Counted from the first letter of the stretch, positions 17,890-26,666 are shown. The stretch is 32,000 bases of DNA from Phycisphaera mikurensis NBRC 102666 (GCF_000284115.1 NC_017080.1:2100001-2132000); one strand, 5' to 3'. Program-made: numbers and translations. Notes: generated by a model from the letters alone, not told the origin.

Positions 17890-18006
17890 GGGTGCCACGC
17901 CCCTTGGGGGGTGGCGGGAACCTTCGGCGTCATCCTTGCTCGACCACCCCGCAAGCGGCGTGGCACCCGGATTGGGAACCGTGGCGTGTTGGAGGGATGC
18001 GGATCA
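17890..18006. repeat. Hairpin-forming intergenic repeat, copy 2
   Basis: Arms 17890-17914 and 17944-17968 (23 of 25 complementary), 29-nt loop with about 13 nt extra relative to copy 1. The tail runs into the MFS gene stop codon. Confidence 0.85.
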
Positions 18007-19614
18007 GGCCTTGTCCGGGTCCCTCGGCGGGGGTGGGTGGTTCTCGCCGCGGCGGCGGGCGAGCTCGGCCTGGGTCGCCGCGGCGCGGGCGCGGGTGATG
18101 GGGTAGAGGGCGAAGACGCAGAGGGCGATCACCAGCCCGCCGCCCTGGCAGAGGATCAGCGTCAGCAGCATCCGGTCGGCGACCTCGGGCCCGACGCCGC
18201 CGGCGGCCTCGGCGGCCTCGGGGTCGAAGCCGATCCAATCCAGCAGGAAGCCGCCGCCGAGGACGGTGAAGGCCAGCGCGATCTTGCGGCCGAAGCCCTG
18301 CGCCGCGCCGAACATGCCCTCGCGGCGTCTGCCCGTCCGCAGCTCGTCCTCGTCGCAGATGTCCGCCGTCATCGAATCGACCATCAGCCAGCATCCCTGG
18401 CCGCCGAGCGAGAGCAGGAAGGTCGCCAGCAGCACGCCGGGCTTGATCGCGGCGGGGTCGGGCTCGGCCCCCAGCGCCCCGGCCGCCGCGACGAAGCCGC
18501 GGACCAGGCCGCCGTCGCGGTCATTGATGGCGGCCGCCGGGTCGTAGAGGAACCAGATCGACACCGTGCCCACGAGCATGAGCGACAGGCCCAGGATCAT
18601 CGCCGGCCGCTTGCCGGTGCGCCGCGAGACCCACGCGGCGAGGAACATCGAGCCGTAGGAGGTGAGCGCGGCCAGGACGCCGGCGAGCAGGCCCAGGAAG
18701 GCGGCGTGGTCCTTGGCGGCGTCGACGGTGGCGGCGCCCTGGAAGACGTAGTAGATCAGCGCGAAGGTGCCCACCGTGCCCGCGGTGAAGATCCCCATGA
18801 TCACCGCCATGTAAGCGATGAACAGCACGAGGAAGGGGCCGTTTTGCAGCGTCGCCCTGACCGCCGGCAGGATCGGCGTGGTCGGCTGCGTCGCCGCCTC
18901 GGGCCGCTCGCGGCACGCGATCGCGGGCGCCAGGCCGGTCACCAGCACGATCGCCGCGAGGATGAGCGTCACCCAGCGGACGCCGTTGACCTCGCCGTCG
19001 ATGCCGTCGCCGAAGACCGGCAGCCGGCAGAACCAGTACAGCGCCGGGACCGTCATGCTCGCGGCGAGGCCCAGGTACATCCGCCAGGCGAGCACGCGGG
19101 TCCGCTGGTCGTAGTCGTCGGTGAGCTCGAAGCCCAGCGCCGTGTAGGGCACCATGAACAGCGTGTAGAAGACGAAGTACAGCGACCCGACGATCGAGAG
19201 GTACCAGAAGGGCCCGTTGCTGTACCAGGGGTTGCCCGCGGTCTCCAAGAGCGGCGGGAACCACATGAGCGGCAGCAGCACGGCCGAGCCGACGGCGCCG
19301 GCGACGATCATCGGCCGCCGCCGGCCCCAACGCGACCGGAAGTTGTCCGAGAGGTTGCCGATCAGCGGATCGGTGATCGCGTCGACGAAGCGCGGCACCG
19401 ACAGCGCCACGCCGGCGAGGCCGGCGGGCACGTGGAAGGCGGTGACGTAGAGGATCATGCCCAGCACGAAGAGCGTGCTCGACATGAAGTTGTCGGCGAT
19501 GCCGCCCAGCCCCCAGCCGACGCGGACCCGCAGCGGCAGCGGGGCGGGGGCCGGCCCGGAACGCGGCTCGCTGGGGTCGGGGGCGGGGCTCGCGGTCTCG
19601 GTCGGGATGGGCAT
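18004..19614 (-). CDS. GPH/MFS-family sugar:cation symporter
   Basis: LRVRVGWGLGGIADNFMSSTLFVLGMILYVTAFHVPAGLAGVALSVPRFVDAITDPLIGNLSDNFRSRWGRRRPMIVAG; multiple TM segments. Confidence 0.93.
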   Translation of the reverse strand: MPIPTETASPAPDPSEPRSGPAPAPLPLRVRVGWGLGGIADNFMSSTLFVLGMILYVTAFHVPAGLAGVALSVPRFVDAITDPLIGNLSDNFRSRWGRRRPMIVAGAVGSAVLLPLMWFPPLLETAGNPWYSNGPFWYLSIVGSLYFVFYTLFMVPYTALGFELTDDYDQRTRVLAWRMYLGLAASMTVPALYWFCRLPVFGDGIDGEVNGVRWVTLILAAIVLVTGLAPAIACRERPEAATQPTTPILPAVRATLQNGPFLVLFIAYMAVIMGIFTAGTVGTFALIYYVFQGAATVDAAKDHAAFLGLLAGVLAALTSYGSMFLAAWVSRRTGKRPAMILGLSLMLVGTVSIWFLYDPAAAINDRDGGLVRGFVAAAGALGAEPDPAAIKPGVLLATFLLSLGGQGCWLMVDSMTADICDEDELRTGRRREGMFGAAQGFGRKIALAFTVLGGGFLLDWIGFDPEAAEAAGGVGPEVADRMLLTLILCQGGGLVIALCVFALYPITRARAAATQAELARRRGENHPPPPRDPDKA

Positions 19615-19641
19615 CGGCGGGCTCGTGGAGGAGGTGGAGGT

Positions 19642-21150
19642 TCAGCCCGCCGCGGGGTCTCGGATCAACGCCTCGCGCGTCGTGAACGGATCCGCGGTGT
19701 CCCGCAGCCACCCGGCGAGCGTCCGCTTCAGGCGGGTCAGCGTCCCGGCGTGGTCCGGGAGATCGGCGAGGTTCTCCAGCTCGCCCGGGTCGGCTTCGGT
19801 GTCGTAGAGCTCGAAGGTCGGCGGCGTGACGCCGAAGCTCTGGGGATCGATCTCGGCGAGCATCCGGTGCTCGTCGGGGAACGCGGCCGCGCGGGCGACG
19901 ATCTCGCGGTAGACGCGGTTGTGCCACGGCTGGACGCGGCCATCGGGCAGCTCGAGCGCCCAGAACTTCAGGTCGGCGTTCACGTCGCGTGGTCGGTCGG
20001 CGTTCTCGCGGTAGATCAGCTTCCAGCGGCCGTCGAAGACGCTCCGCTCCTGCATCCCGTCGTCCCGCGACTGCCCTCCGTGGATGATCTCCGCGAAGAC
20101 CGCCTCCGCGCCGGTGGCGCCCGCCTCGCCGCGGACCAGCGGAGCCGCGGACCGACCCTGCACCGTGGGCGGCACCGGCAAGCCGAGCAGCTCCAGCAGC
20201 GTGGGCAGCACGTCGACGCCGGAGACCAGCTCCCGCGTCCGCCGGCCTTCAGCCACCCCCGGACCCGCGAACGCCAGCGGGACGTGCAGCCCGAACGGGT
20301 ACAGCGACATCTTGCCGCGGTGGTAGGCGGGGCCGTGGTCGCCCATCAGGAGAACGAGGGTGTTCTCCAGGACACCGGCCTCCGCGACCGCGCCGAGGAT
20401 CTCGCCGACCTGCCGGTCGGCGACCTCCACGGAGTCGAGGTACTCCGCGAAGTCGCGGCGGATCGTCGGCGTGTCGGGCAGGAACGCCGGCAGCTCCACC
20501 GCGGCCGGGTCGACGCCGATGGCGACCTCCTCGCTGTTGCGGAAGGGGCGGTGCGGCGCCGACAGATTGGCCAGGAAGAACCACGGCTTTTTTGCAGCCG
20601 CCGCCGCCTCGATCACCGCCAGCGCGCGGGCCGGGGTGTTCTCGCGGAACATCATGTCGTAGGGAAACTTCTCGTTGGGCGCGACGTGCAGCTTGCCGGA
20701 GGCCGCGGTGAAGTAGCCCGCGGCGTCGAGGATCTCCACGAGCGTCGGCAGGTGGTCCCGGATCCGGACGCGGCGGTAGATGGGCTCGAATCGCTGGGCC
20801 GGGCTGAGCTTCTCCGCGGGAACGAAGAAGTCGCGGGTGTTCGCGACCAGGCCGTTGGTGTGGGCGTAGGTGCCGGTGTAGAGGTTCGCCTTCGACGGCG
20901 AGCAGACCGGGTCGTTGACGTACGCCCGCTCGAAGTAGACGCCCCGGGCGGCGAGGCGGTCCATGTGCGGCGTCTCCACGCCGGCGGTGCCGACGAAGCC
21001 GAGGTGGCTGCCGTGGTCCTCGGTGAGGAGGAAGAGCACGTGGGGTGGGGCGTCGTCGGCGGCGGCGCCCTCCGCGAGGGCAAGCAGGACGATGGCCAGG
21101 CCGGCAAAAAACCCCCCGCGGAGGGAGGAGCGGGTGCGGAGGGCTCGCAT
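19642..21150 (-). CDS. Sulfatase family protein with CSPSK in place of CxPxR
   Basis: MRALRTRSSLRGGFFAGLAIVLLALAEGAAADDAPPHVLFLLTEDHGSHLGFVGTAGVETPHMDRLAARGVYFERAYVNDPVCSPSKANLYTG... The track ORF (19642..22122) is over-extended upstream. Confidence 0.92.
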   Translation of the reverse strand: MRALRTRSSLRGGFFAGLAIVLLALAEGAAADDAPPHVLFLLTEDHGSHLGFVGTAGVETPHMDRLAARGVYFERAYVNDPVCSPSKANLYTGTYAHTNGLVANTRDFFVPAEKLSPAQRFEPIYRRVRIRDHLPTLVEILDAAGYFTAASGKLHVAPNEKFPYDMMFRENTPARALAVIEAAAAAKKPWFFLANLSAPHRPFRNSEEVAIGVDPAAVELPAFLPDTPTIRRDFAEYLDSVEVADRQVGEILGAVAEAGVLENTLVLLMGDHGPAYHRGKMSLYPFGLHVPLAFAGPGVAEGRRTRELVSGVDVLPTLLELLGLPVPPTVQGRSAAPLVRGEAGATGAEAVFAEIIHGGQSRDDGMQERSVFDGRWKLIYRENADRPRDVNADLKFWALELPDGRVQPWHNRVYREIVARAAAFPDEHRMLAEIDPQSFGVTPPTFELYDTEADPGELENLADLPDHAGTLTRLKRTLAGWLRDTADPFTTREALIRDPAAG

Positions 21151-21181
21151 GAGGATCGCGGAGGGAAGGGGCGCGGGAAAC

Positions 21182-21204
21182 CGCCGGCTGGGCGTCAGCC
21201 GGCG
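21182..21204. other. Perfect 9-bp hairpin over the stop codon of the Gfo/Idh/MocA gene
   Basis: CGCCGGCTG-ggcgt-CAGCCGGCG. The TGA stop (21197-21195) is partly inside the structure. Confidence 0.6.
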
Positions 21205-22322
21205 AAAAGCGAGGGGATCGGCACGCGGGTGCCGCCGGCGCGGACCGAGCGATCGCAGGCTTCGAGGCAGGCCTGGATCTCGGCTCCGCGGAGCACGTCC
21301 GCCTGGTCCTGCTCGCCGGTCTGGATGGAGCGGATGAAACGCTGGAAGTTGCTCGGGGTCGCGGCGACGTCGACCGACGTCCAGGCGGCGCGGTGCCGGG
21401 CCTCGCCGAGGCAGTGGCGCAGGCGGGTGGGGCTGTCCTCCAGGTCGATCTCGAGGGAGCCGAGCGTGCCGTAGACGCCCAGCGCCACCTGGTTGGGGTG
21501 GCCTGAAGCCCAGCGGGTGGACTCGACGAGGCCCAGGCCGCCGCCGTCGAGGTCCAGCTCGACGGCGACGGAGCTGTTCGCGTCCAGCGGCCGGCCTTCC
21601 CACTCGGTCACCGGCGCGCCCGTTGTGGGGTGGGGTGCCGGGAACGAGCGGACGCTGCACCGCAGGGCCGTCGCCGGGCCCGCGACGCCCGTGAGGAAGT
21701 CCAGGATGTGGCAACCGACGTCGCCGAGCGTGCCGCCGGCGGCGGGGCCCACCGGGCTGCCGTCGGGGCGGCGGGGGATCCCGCAACGCCAGAGGTGGTT
21801 CTCCTGCGTCCAGTTCCCCCACACGTTGCTGGCCAGCCAGGCCTGGAAGTACCGGCCGGTGGCGTGCCGGACCTCGCCGATCGCCCCGTCGGCGGCCAGC
21901 CGGCGGGCCTCCTGCCAGGCGCTCGCGTCGCGGTAGGTGAAGTTGATGAAGGTGACGATCCCGGCGGCGTGCGCCGCCCGGGCGGCGGCCGCCACCTCCT
22001 GCGCGTCCTCGAAGGTGGTCGTCAGCGGCTTCTCGCACATGAGGTGCTTCCCGGCGCCAAGCACCTGCAGCGACAGCGGGGCGTGGAAGGCGTCGGGGGT
22101 GACGACAGCGACCGCATCGCACGCCTCCAGCAAGTCCTCCACGCGCGTGACGCTGCGGGCGAAGCCGTGTTCGGCGGCAAAGACGCGGGCTCGGTCCGCG
22201 TCGATGTCGCAGCAGGCGGAGAGCTCGACGCCGTCGATGCCCCGCGTCCCGCGGGCGTGGGCGGCGGCCATGCCCCCGGTGCCGATGATGCCGTAGCGGA
22301 TCAAGGAGCGGCCTCGCTCCAT
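21195..22322 (-). CDS. Gfo/Idh/MocA family oxidoreductase
   Basis: MERGRSLIRYGIIGTGGMAAAHARGTRGIDGVELSACCDIDADRARVFAAEHG...VVTPDAFHAPLSLQVLGAGKHLMCEKPLTTTFEDA; GxGxxG and EKP motifs. Confidence 0.93.
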   Translation of the reverse strand: MERGRSLIRYGIIGTGGMAAAHARGTRGIDGVELSACCDIDADRARVFAAEHGFARSVTRVEDLLEACDAVAVVTPDAFHAPLSLQVLGAGKHLMCEKPLTTTFEDAQEVAAAARAAHAAGIVTFINFTYRDASAWQEARRLAADGAIGEVRHATGRYFQAWLASNVWGNWTQENHLWRCGIPRRPDGSPVGPAAGGTLGDVGCHILDFLTGVAGPATALRCSVRSFPAPHPTTGAPVTEWEGRPLDANSSVAVELDLDGGGLGLVESTRWASGHPNQVALGVYGTLGSLEIDLEDSPTRLRHCLGEARHRAAWTSVDVAATPSNFQRFIRSIQTGEQDQADVLRGAEIQACLEACDRSVRAGGTRVPIPSLFAG

Positions 22323-22416
22323 CGAGCGGCGTTGGACCGGTCGCACGCCGGTGCGAAAGCCGGCGGCGGGGGCAAGGAGCCGGGAGGCTCGGCAGGAGAT
22401 GCGGCAGGAGGTCGAC

Positions 22417-22444
22417 TTGACATGGGGCGGAGAGTATATACTAT
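22417..22444 (+). promoter_or_regulatory. Putative promoter with operator site E (AGTATATACT, 22433-22442)
   Basis: Consensus -35 TTGACA (22417-22422), 16-nt spacer, TACTAT (22439-22444). The perfect palindrome overlaps the -10. It precedes the 22534 operon. Confidence 0.6.
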
Positions 22445-22533
22445 GAACACAACGCCTTTCGGCCGATGCCCGTGTCGCATCCATCCCGTGCGGGATCCCG
22501 CACGCTTCTCCGCTCCCACCCCTGGAGGTTCTC

Positions 22534-23400
22534 TTGTCCCGCTCTCTTTGCTTCGTCACCGCCACCGCGGCTTCGTTCGCTCTGGTCGCCCCCTCGGCGT
22601 CCGCCGCTCCGATCGTCCTGTCCGACGGCTTCCAGATCGGCGGCACCGGCCTCAACACCAACGTCAATGCCGATCTGGCGACGCGCCAGAGCGGCACGGC
22701 GGCCCCGCTGACCCTCGCCGAGGCGACGGCGGGCACGAGCCCCAACAACGACGCCTTCATCCAGAACGACTTCGGCGCCTTCGGCTCCGACGCGCTCCTG
22801 CTGCGGACCACCGCCTCCCCCGGCGGCGGCGCCAACCAGACGGCGGTACAAGTCGGCGGCCTGGGCGCGGTGATCGGCACGCAGTACACGATCAGCTTCG
22901 ACTACCACATGTCGTTCGCTTCGGGCGCGGGCAACGCCCGCTTCCTGGGCTTCACGCTCTCCGGCGACACCGCCGCGGCCACGCCCGGTGGCGACTTCGC
23001 GATCGTGCTGCGGGAGAACGGCGACCAGACCACCTTCGAGGACGGCACCGCCACCGGCGCGCCGAACGTGCCGTACAGCACCAGCGGCGGCGAGGTCTCG
23101 ACGATCCAGCTGCTGGTGGACGAGACCCTCGCGACGCCGACGGTGACGGTGACGCTCAGCGACACCTTCGGCACCGATACCGCCACCCTCGCCCCGGTCG
23201 CCATCGACTTCGAGGCCGCCGACACCGGCCGCTTCCTGGAGATCCGCGGGAGCCAGTCCGGCGGCACCACCTTCGGTGGCAGCGTCGGCGACTTCCGCAT
23301 CGACAACCTCCAGGTCGAGATCGTGCCCGAGCCGTCCACGGCCGCGCTCGCGGCCGCGGGCGCCGGCCTGATGCTCCTGCGCCGACGCTCGGCCCGCTGA
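22534..23400 (+). CDS. Secreted PEP-CTERM sorting domain protein
   Basis: TTG start; MSRSLCFVTATAASFALVAPSASAAPIVLSDGFQIGG...VPEPSTAALAAAGAGLMLLRRRSAR. Confidence 0.87.
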   Translation: MSRSLCFVTATAASFALVAPSASAAPIVLSDGFQIGGTGLNTNVNADLATRQSGTAAPLTLAEATAGTSPNNDAFIQNDFGAFGSDALLLRTTASPGGGANQTAVQVGGLGAVIGTQYTISFDYHMSFASGAGNARFLGFTLSGDTAAATPGGDFAIVLRENGDQTTFEDGTATGAPNVPYSTSGGEVSTIQLLVDETLATPTVTVTLSDTFGTDTATLAPVAIDFEAADTGRFLEIRGSQSGGTTFGGSVGDFRIDNLQVEIVPEPSTAALAAAGAGLMLLRRRSAR

Positions 23401-23524
23401 AGCAAGCCGCGTGGTGGCCGCTCGGGTCCCACCCAGGCACGACGCCCCTCTCCAGCCGGCGGCGATCCCCACCGGATCCCCGCCGCTTCATCCGCTACGC
23501 CTCTCTTTATCGGCGACGCTCCTC

Positions 23525-24325
23525 ATGAAGCCACTCCTCATCTGTTCCGTGCTGTGCCTGGCGGCGCCCGTGGTGCCCGCCGCCGCTCAGGTCGTTCTGC
23601 AGGACGGATTCGCGGTCGATGGGGAAGGGTTCCTCGATGATGTGAACGAGTCGGTTCTGGAGCGGCAGGAAGGCTCCGCCGCTCCTCTTCTGTACGAAGC
23701 CTCCACGGCGGGCGGCAGCAACGCCAACGCGGCGCTCCTGGATCCGCGGGCCGCGGCCTTCGGCAACGACGCCTGCCTGCTGCTCCGCACCACCGGCTCG
23801 CCCGGAGGCGGGGCGAGCGAGACAGCGGTTCGGGCCGGCGGGATCGCCGGCCTGCAAGGCAAGCGGTACGAGGTCGGCTTCGAGTTCCACATGGCCTTCG
23901 CTCCCAAAGCAGGCGAAGACCGCTCGCTCACGTTCGCGCTGGGGGCGGAGGGCGGGGACTCGCCCGGTGTGCCCGCGCTCTTGGTGGAGCTCCGCGAAGA
24001 CGGCTCGTACACGCTTCTGGCGAACGGGAAGCCCGCCGTGCCCGACGGCCCGGAGTTCACGCTCCGCAAGGGCGAGATCGGCTCGCTGCGCATCGTGATC
24101 GACGAGAGCGCAGCCCCGGCGGAGGCCGTTGCCACGCTGCGAACGCTCAGCGGCGGATCGACGGCGACGCTCCCGCCGGTCGAGATCGAGCTGCCCACGG
24201 ATCAGGCCGATCGCGGCCTCGAGCTCCGCGCCAGCCAGGCGGGCGCCAAACGTCCCGGCGGCAGCGTCGGCGACTTCCGGATCGACAACCTCTCGATCAC
24301 TCTCGCGCCCGCGGAGCCGGGCTGA
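23525..24325 (+). CDS. Secreted protein, paralogue of 22534..23400 lacking the PEP-CTERM tail
   Basis: MKPLLICSVLCLAAPVVPAAAQVVLQDGFAVDGEGF...AAAFGNDACLLLRTTGSPGGGASETAVRAGG...PGGSVGDFRIDNLSITLAPAEPG aligns with the upstream neighbour. Confidence 0.83.
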   Translation: MKPLLICSVLCLAAPVVPAAAQVVLQDGFAVDGEGFLDDVNESVLERQEGSAAPLLYEASTAGGSNANAALLDPRAAAFGNDACLLLRTTGSPGGGASETAVRAGGIAGLQGKRYEVGFEFHMAFAPKAGEDRSLTFALGAEGGDSPGVPALLVELREDGSYTLLANGKPAVPDGPEFTLRKGEIGSLRIVIDESAAPAEAVATLRTLSGGSTATLPPVEIELPTDQADRGLELRASQAGAKRPGGSVGDFRIDNLSITLAPAEPG

Positions 24326-24370
24326 CCCCGCTCCACGACGGCCCACCTCCCCTCTCAATCGGACTCCGCC

Positions 24371-25108
24371 ATGACTCCCCGCCCCACCCATCGAAGCGCT
24401 TTCACGCTCATCGAGCTGCTCGTGGTGATCAGCATCATCGCGCTCCTGATCGGCATCCTCCTGCCGGCGCTGGGCGCGGCACGCAAGGCGGCCCGCGACG
24501 CCCTGTGCGGCAACAACCTGCGCCAGCAGTCCGTCGCGATCCACGCCTACGCGGCGGACGAGAACGGCTACTTCGTGCCGGCCGCGCCGCTGGGCCGCTA
24601 CCCGATCGGCGACTTCAGCCTCAACGCCAGTTCCGCCCCGGGCGACGTCACCTACGCCCAGCCGCTGCTCTGGCTGCGCGACTACCACACCGAGATCGAG
24701 GGCTTCTACTGCCCCGCCAAGGAGTACGGGGTGGCACGGGTGGAGCTGATCGACGGCTACCGCGATGAGTTCAAGGCCGAGAATTGGAACCGCGTCATCG
24801 TGAGCTACCCGGTTTGGACCAACTACCGCAGCAGCGCGTTCAAGCCGGTCCTCAAGGACGCCCTGGATCGCGGCGAGGTCTTCGCCGAGAAGAACACCGC
24901 GCCGTCGGATCAGCTGCTGATCTCCGACCTGGTGGCCCGCCGCAACGCCGTCTGGACCGAGTGGTCCAACCACCTCAACGGCGCCGAGACCGAGCCCTCC
25001 GGCGGCCGCTTCGGTACGGCCGACGGCGCGGTCCACTTCCGCGAGTTCGACCTGCTCGAGAACCAGATGGGCTCGGCGCTGCCGGGCGGGATCTGGCTTT
25101 ACTTCTGA
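24371..25108 (+). CDS. Prepilin-type N-terminal cleavage/methylation domain protein (pseudopilin-like)
   Basis: [71 protein letters not shown]... Confidence 0.93.
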   Translation: MTPRPTHRSAFTLIELLVVISIIALLIGILLPALGAARKAARDALCGNNLRQQSVAIHAYAADENGYFVPAAPLGRYPIGDFSLNASSAPGDVTYAQPLLWLRDYHTEIEGFYCPAKEYGVARVELIDGYRDEFKAENWNRVIVSYPVWTNYRSSAFKPVLKDALDRGEVFAEKNTAPSDQLLISDLVARRNAVWTEWSNHLNGAETEPSGGRFGTADGAVHFREFDLLENQMGSALPGGIWLYF

Positions 25109-25151
25109 ACCTAGACGCGGAACGCTCCGCTCCCTCCTGCCCCGGTATCGC

Positions 25152-26666
25152 ATGCGCCTCCCGAATCGTTTCTCGCTCCCTGGTTCCGTTGCCCGCGGGC
25201 TCCTCCTCGCCTGCATGGCCGCCGTCCCGCCGATGGCCGCGGCGGCCGAGGCGGCGGCGGAACGCAAGCCCAACGTCATCGTCGTCTTCACCGACGACCA
25301 GGGCTGGGCGGACCTGGGTGCCCACGGCGTCCGCGACGACGTCAAGACGCCGCACCTGGACGCGCTGGCCGCGGGCGGGGCGCTGATGCGGGCGGGGTAC
25401 ATCACGGCTCCGCAGTGCTCGCCCTCGCGGGCGGGGCTGATCACCGGCCGCTACCAGGAGAAGCTGGGCTTCGACAACATCTCCAAGGGGCCGCTGCTGC
25501 TCGAAGAGGTGACGCTCGCCGAACGCCTGCGCGACGCGGGCTACGCGACGGGCATGATCGGCAAGTGGCACCTCGAGCCCAACGCCGCGACCACCGAGTG
25601 GTCGCGGGCGAACGTGCCCGCCGACCAGCTCAAGCCGGTGCCCAACAACAAGCACTTCCTGCAGGTCCCCCCTGCGGTGCAGATGGAGTTCTTCCCCGAG
25701 CACCAGGGCTTCACCGACATCTTCAAGGGCGAGCTGGACACCTACTGGGTCAACTACGGCCTCGACGGCGAGCCGATCGCGGACTTCGCCTGGCAGACGC
25801 ACGGCGGCTACCGGATCGACACGCAGACGGCCGCGGCGGAGGCCTTCATCGAGCGGCACCCCGATGACCCCTTCTTCCTGTACCTCAACTACTACGCGCC
25901 GCACGTGCCGATGGAGGCGACGCCGGCGTACCTGGAGCGCTTCCCCGGCGAGATGGCGGAGCGTCGCCGCTACGGGCTGGCGATGATGGCCGCCGTGGAC
26001 GACGGCGTGGGCCGCATCGTCGAGACGCTCGACCGCCACGGCCTCCGCGAGGACACGCTGATCTTCTACATCAGCGACAACGGCGCGCCGCTGCTGGGCA
26101 AGGAAGACCTGCCGATCAGCTTCCGCGGCGGCGCCTGGGACGGCTCGCTGAACGACCCCTGGGCCGGCGAGAAGGGGATGCTCACCGAGGGCGGCATCCG
26201 CGTGCCCTACATCGTGAGCTGGCCCGGGCGGGTGCGCCCCGGCCAGGTGATCGACGAGCCGGTGATCGCGCTGGACGTCGCGCCCACGGCGCTGGCGGCG
26301 GCGGGCGAGCCGCCGGTGGAGCTGCTCGACGGGATCGACCTGCTGCCTCACCTCGCCGGCGACGCGGCCTGGCCCGAGCGCCCGCTGTACTGGCGCTTCT
26401 GGGGCCAGGCCGCCGTGCGCGACCGGGACCACAAGTTCCTCCGCCTCAGCGACGGGCGGCGCTACCTCTTCGACATGAACGCCGACGACCCGGAGTCGGC
26501 GAGCGTCCACGCCGAGCACCCCGAGGTGCTCGAGCGGCTGGAGGCGCAGCTCTCCAGCTGGACCCGCGGGCTCCAGCCCGCTGGCCTCCCCGGGGGAGCG
26601 CTCAACGTTCAGGAGCGGGAGTGGTTTGGCGAGCGGCACCTCGTCGGCGTCGAGCCGCTGCGCTGA
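25152..26666 (+). CDS. Type I sulfatase
   Basis: KPNVIVVFTDDQGWADLGAHGVRDDVKTPHLDALAAGGALMRAGYITAPQCSPSRAGLITGRYQEKLGFD...GYATGMIGKWHLEP. Confidence 0.94.
   Translation: MRLPNRFSLPGSVARGLLLACMAAVPPMAAAAEAAAERKPNVIVVFTDDQGWADLGAHGVRDDVKTPHLDALAAGGALMRAGYITAPQCSPSRAGLITGRYQEKLGFDNISKGPLLLEEVTLAERLRDAGYATGMIGKWHLEPNAATTEWSRANVPADQLKPVPNNKHFLQVPPAVQMEFFPEHQGFTDIFKGELDTYWVNYGLDGEPIADFAWQTHGGYRIDTQTAAAEAFIERHPDDPFFLYLNYYAPHVPMEATPAYLERFPGEMAERRRYGLAMMAAVDDGVGRIVETLDRHGLREDTLIFYISDNGAPLLGKEDLPISFRGGAWDGSLNDPWAGEKGMLTEGGIRVPYIVSWPGRVRPGQVIDEPVIALDVAPTALAAAGEPPVELLDGIDLLPHLAGDAAWPERPLYWRFWGQAAVRDRDHKFLRLSDGRRYLFDMNADDPESASVHAEHPEVLERLEAQLSSWTRGLQPAGLPGGALNVQEREWFGERHLVGVEPLR

Noticed and set aside
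16014-18098. 694-aa + ORF across the regulator-isomerase interval
   Set aside because: Wrong frame of the isomerase-like gene. Its tail translates the intergenic repeats (HPCSTTPQAAWHP twice).
17704-21474. 1256-aa + strand ORF
   Set aside because: Low-complexity Arg/His/Gly/Gln-rich translation antisense to clear symporter and sulfatase genes. A typical mirror ORF of GC-rich coding DNA.
19642-22122. 826-aa version of the sulfatase
   Set aside because: The first ~320 aa are out-of-frame translation of the upstream oxidoreductase gene. The signal peptide at 21150 marks the credible start.
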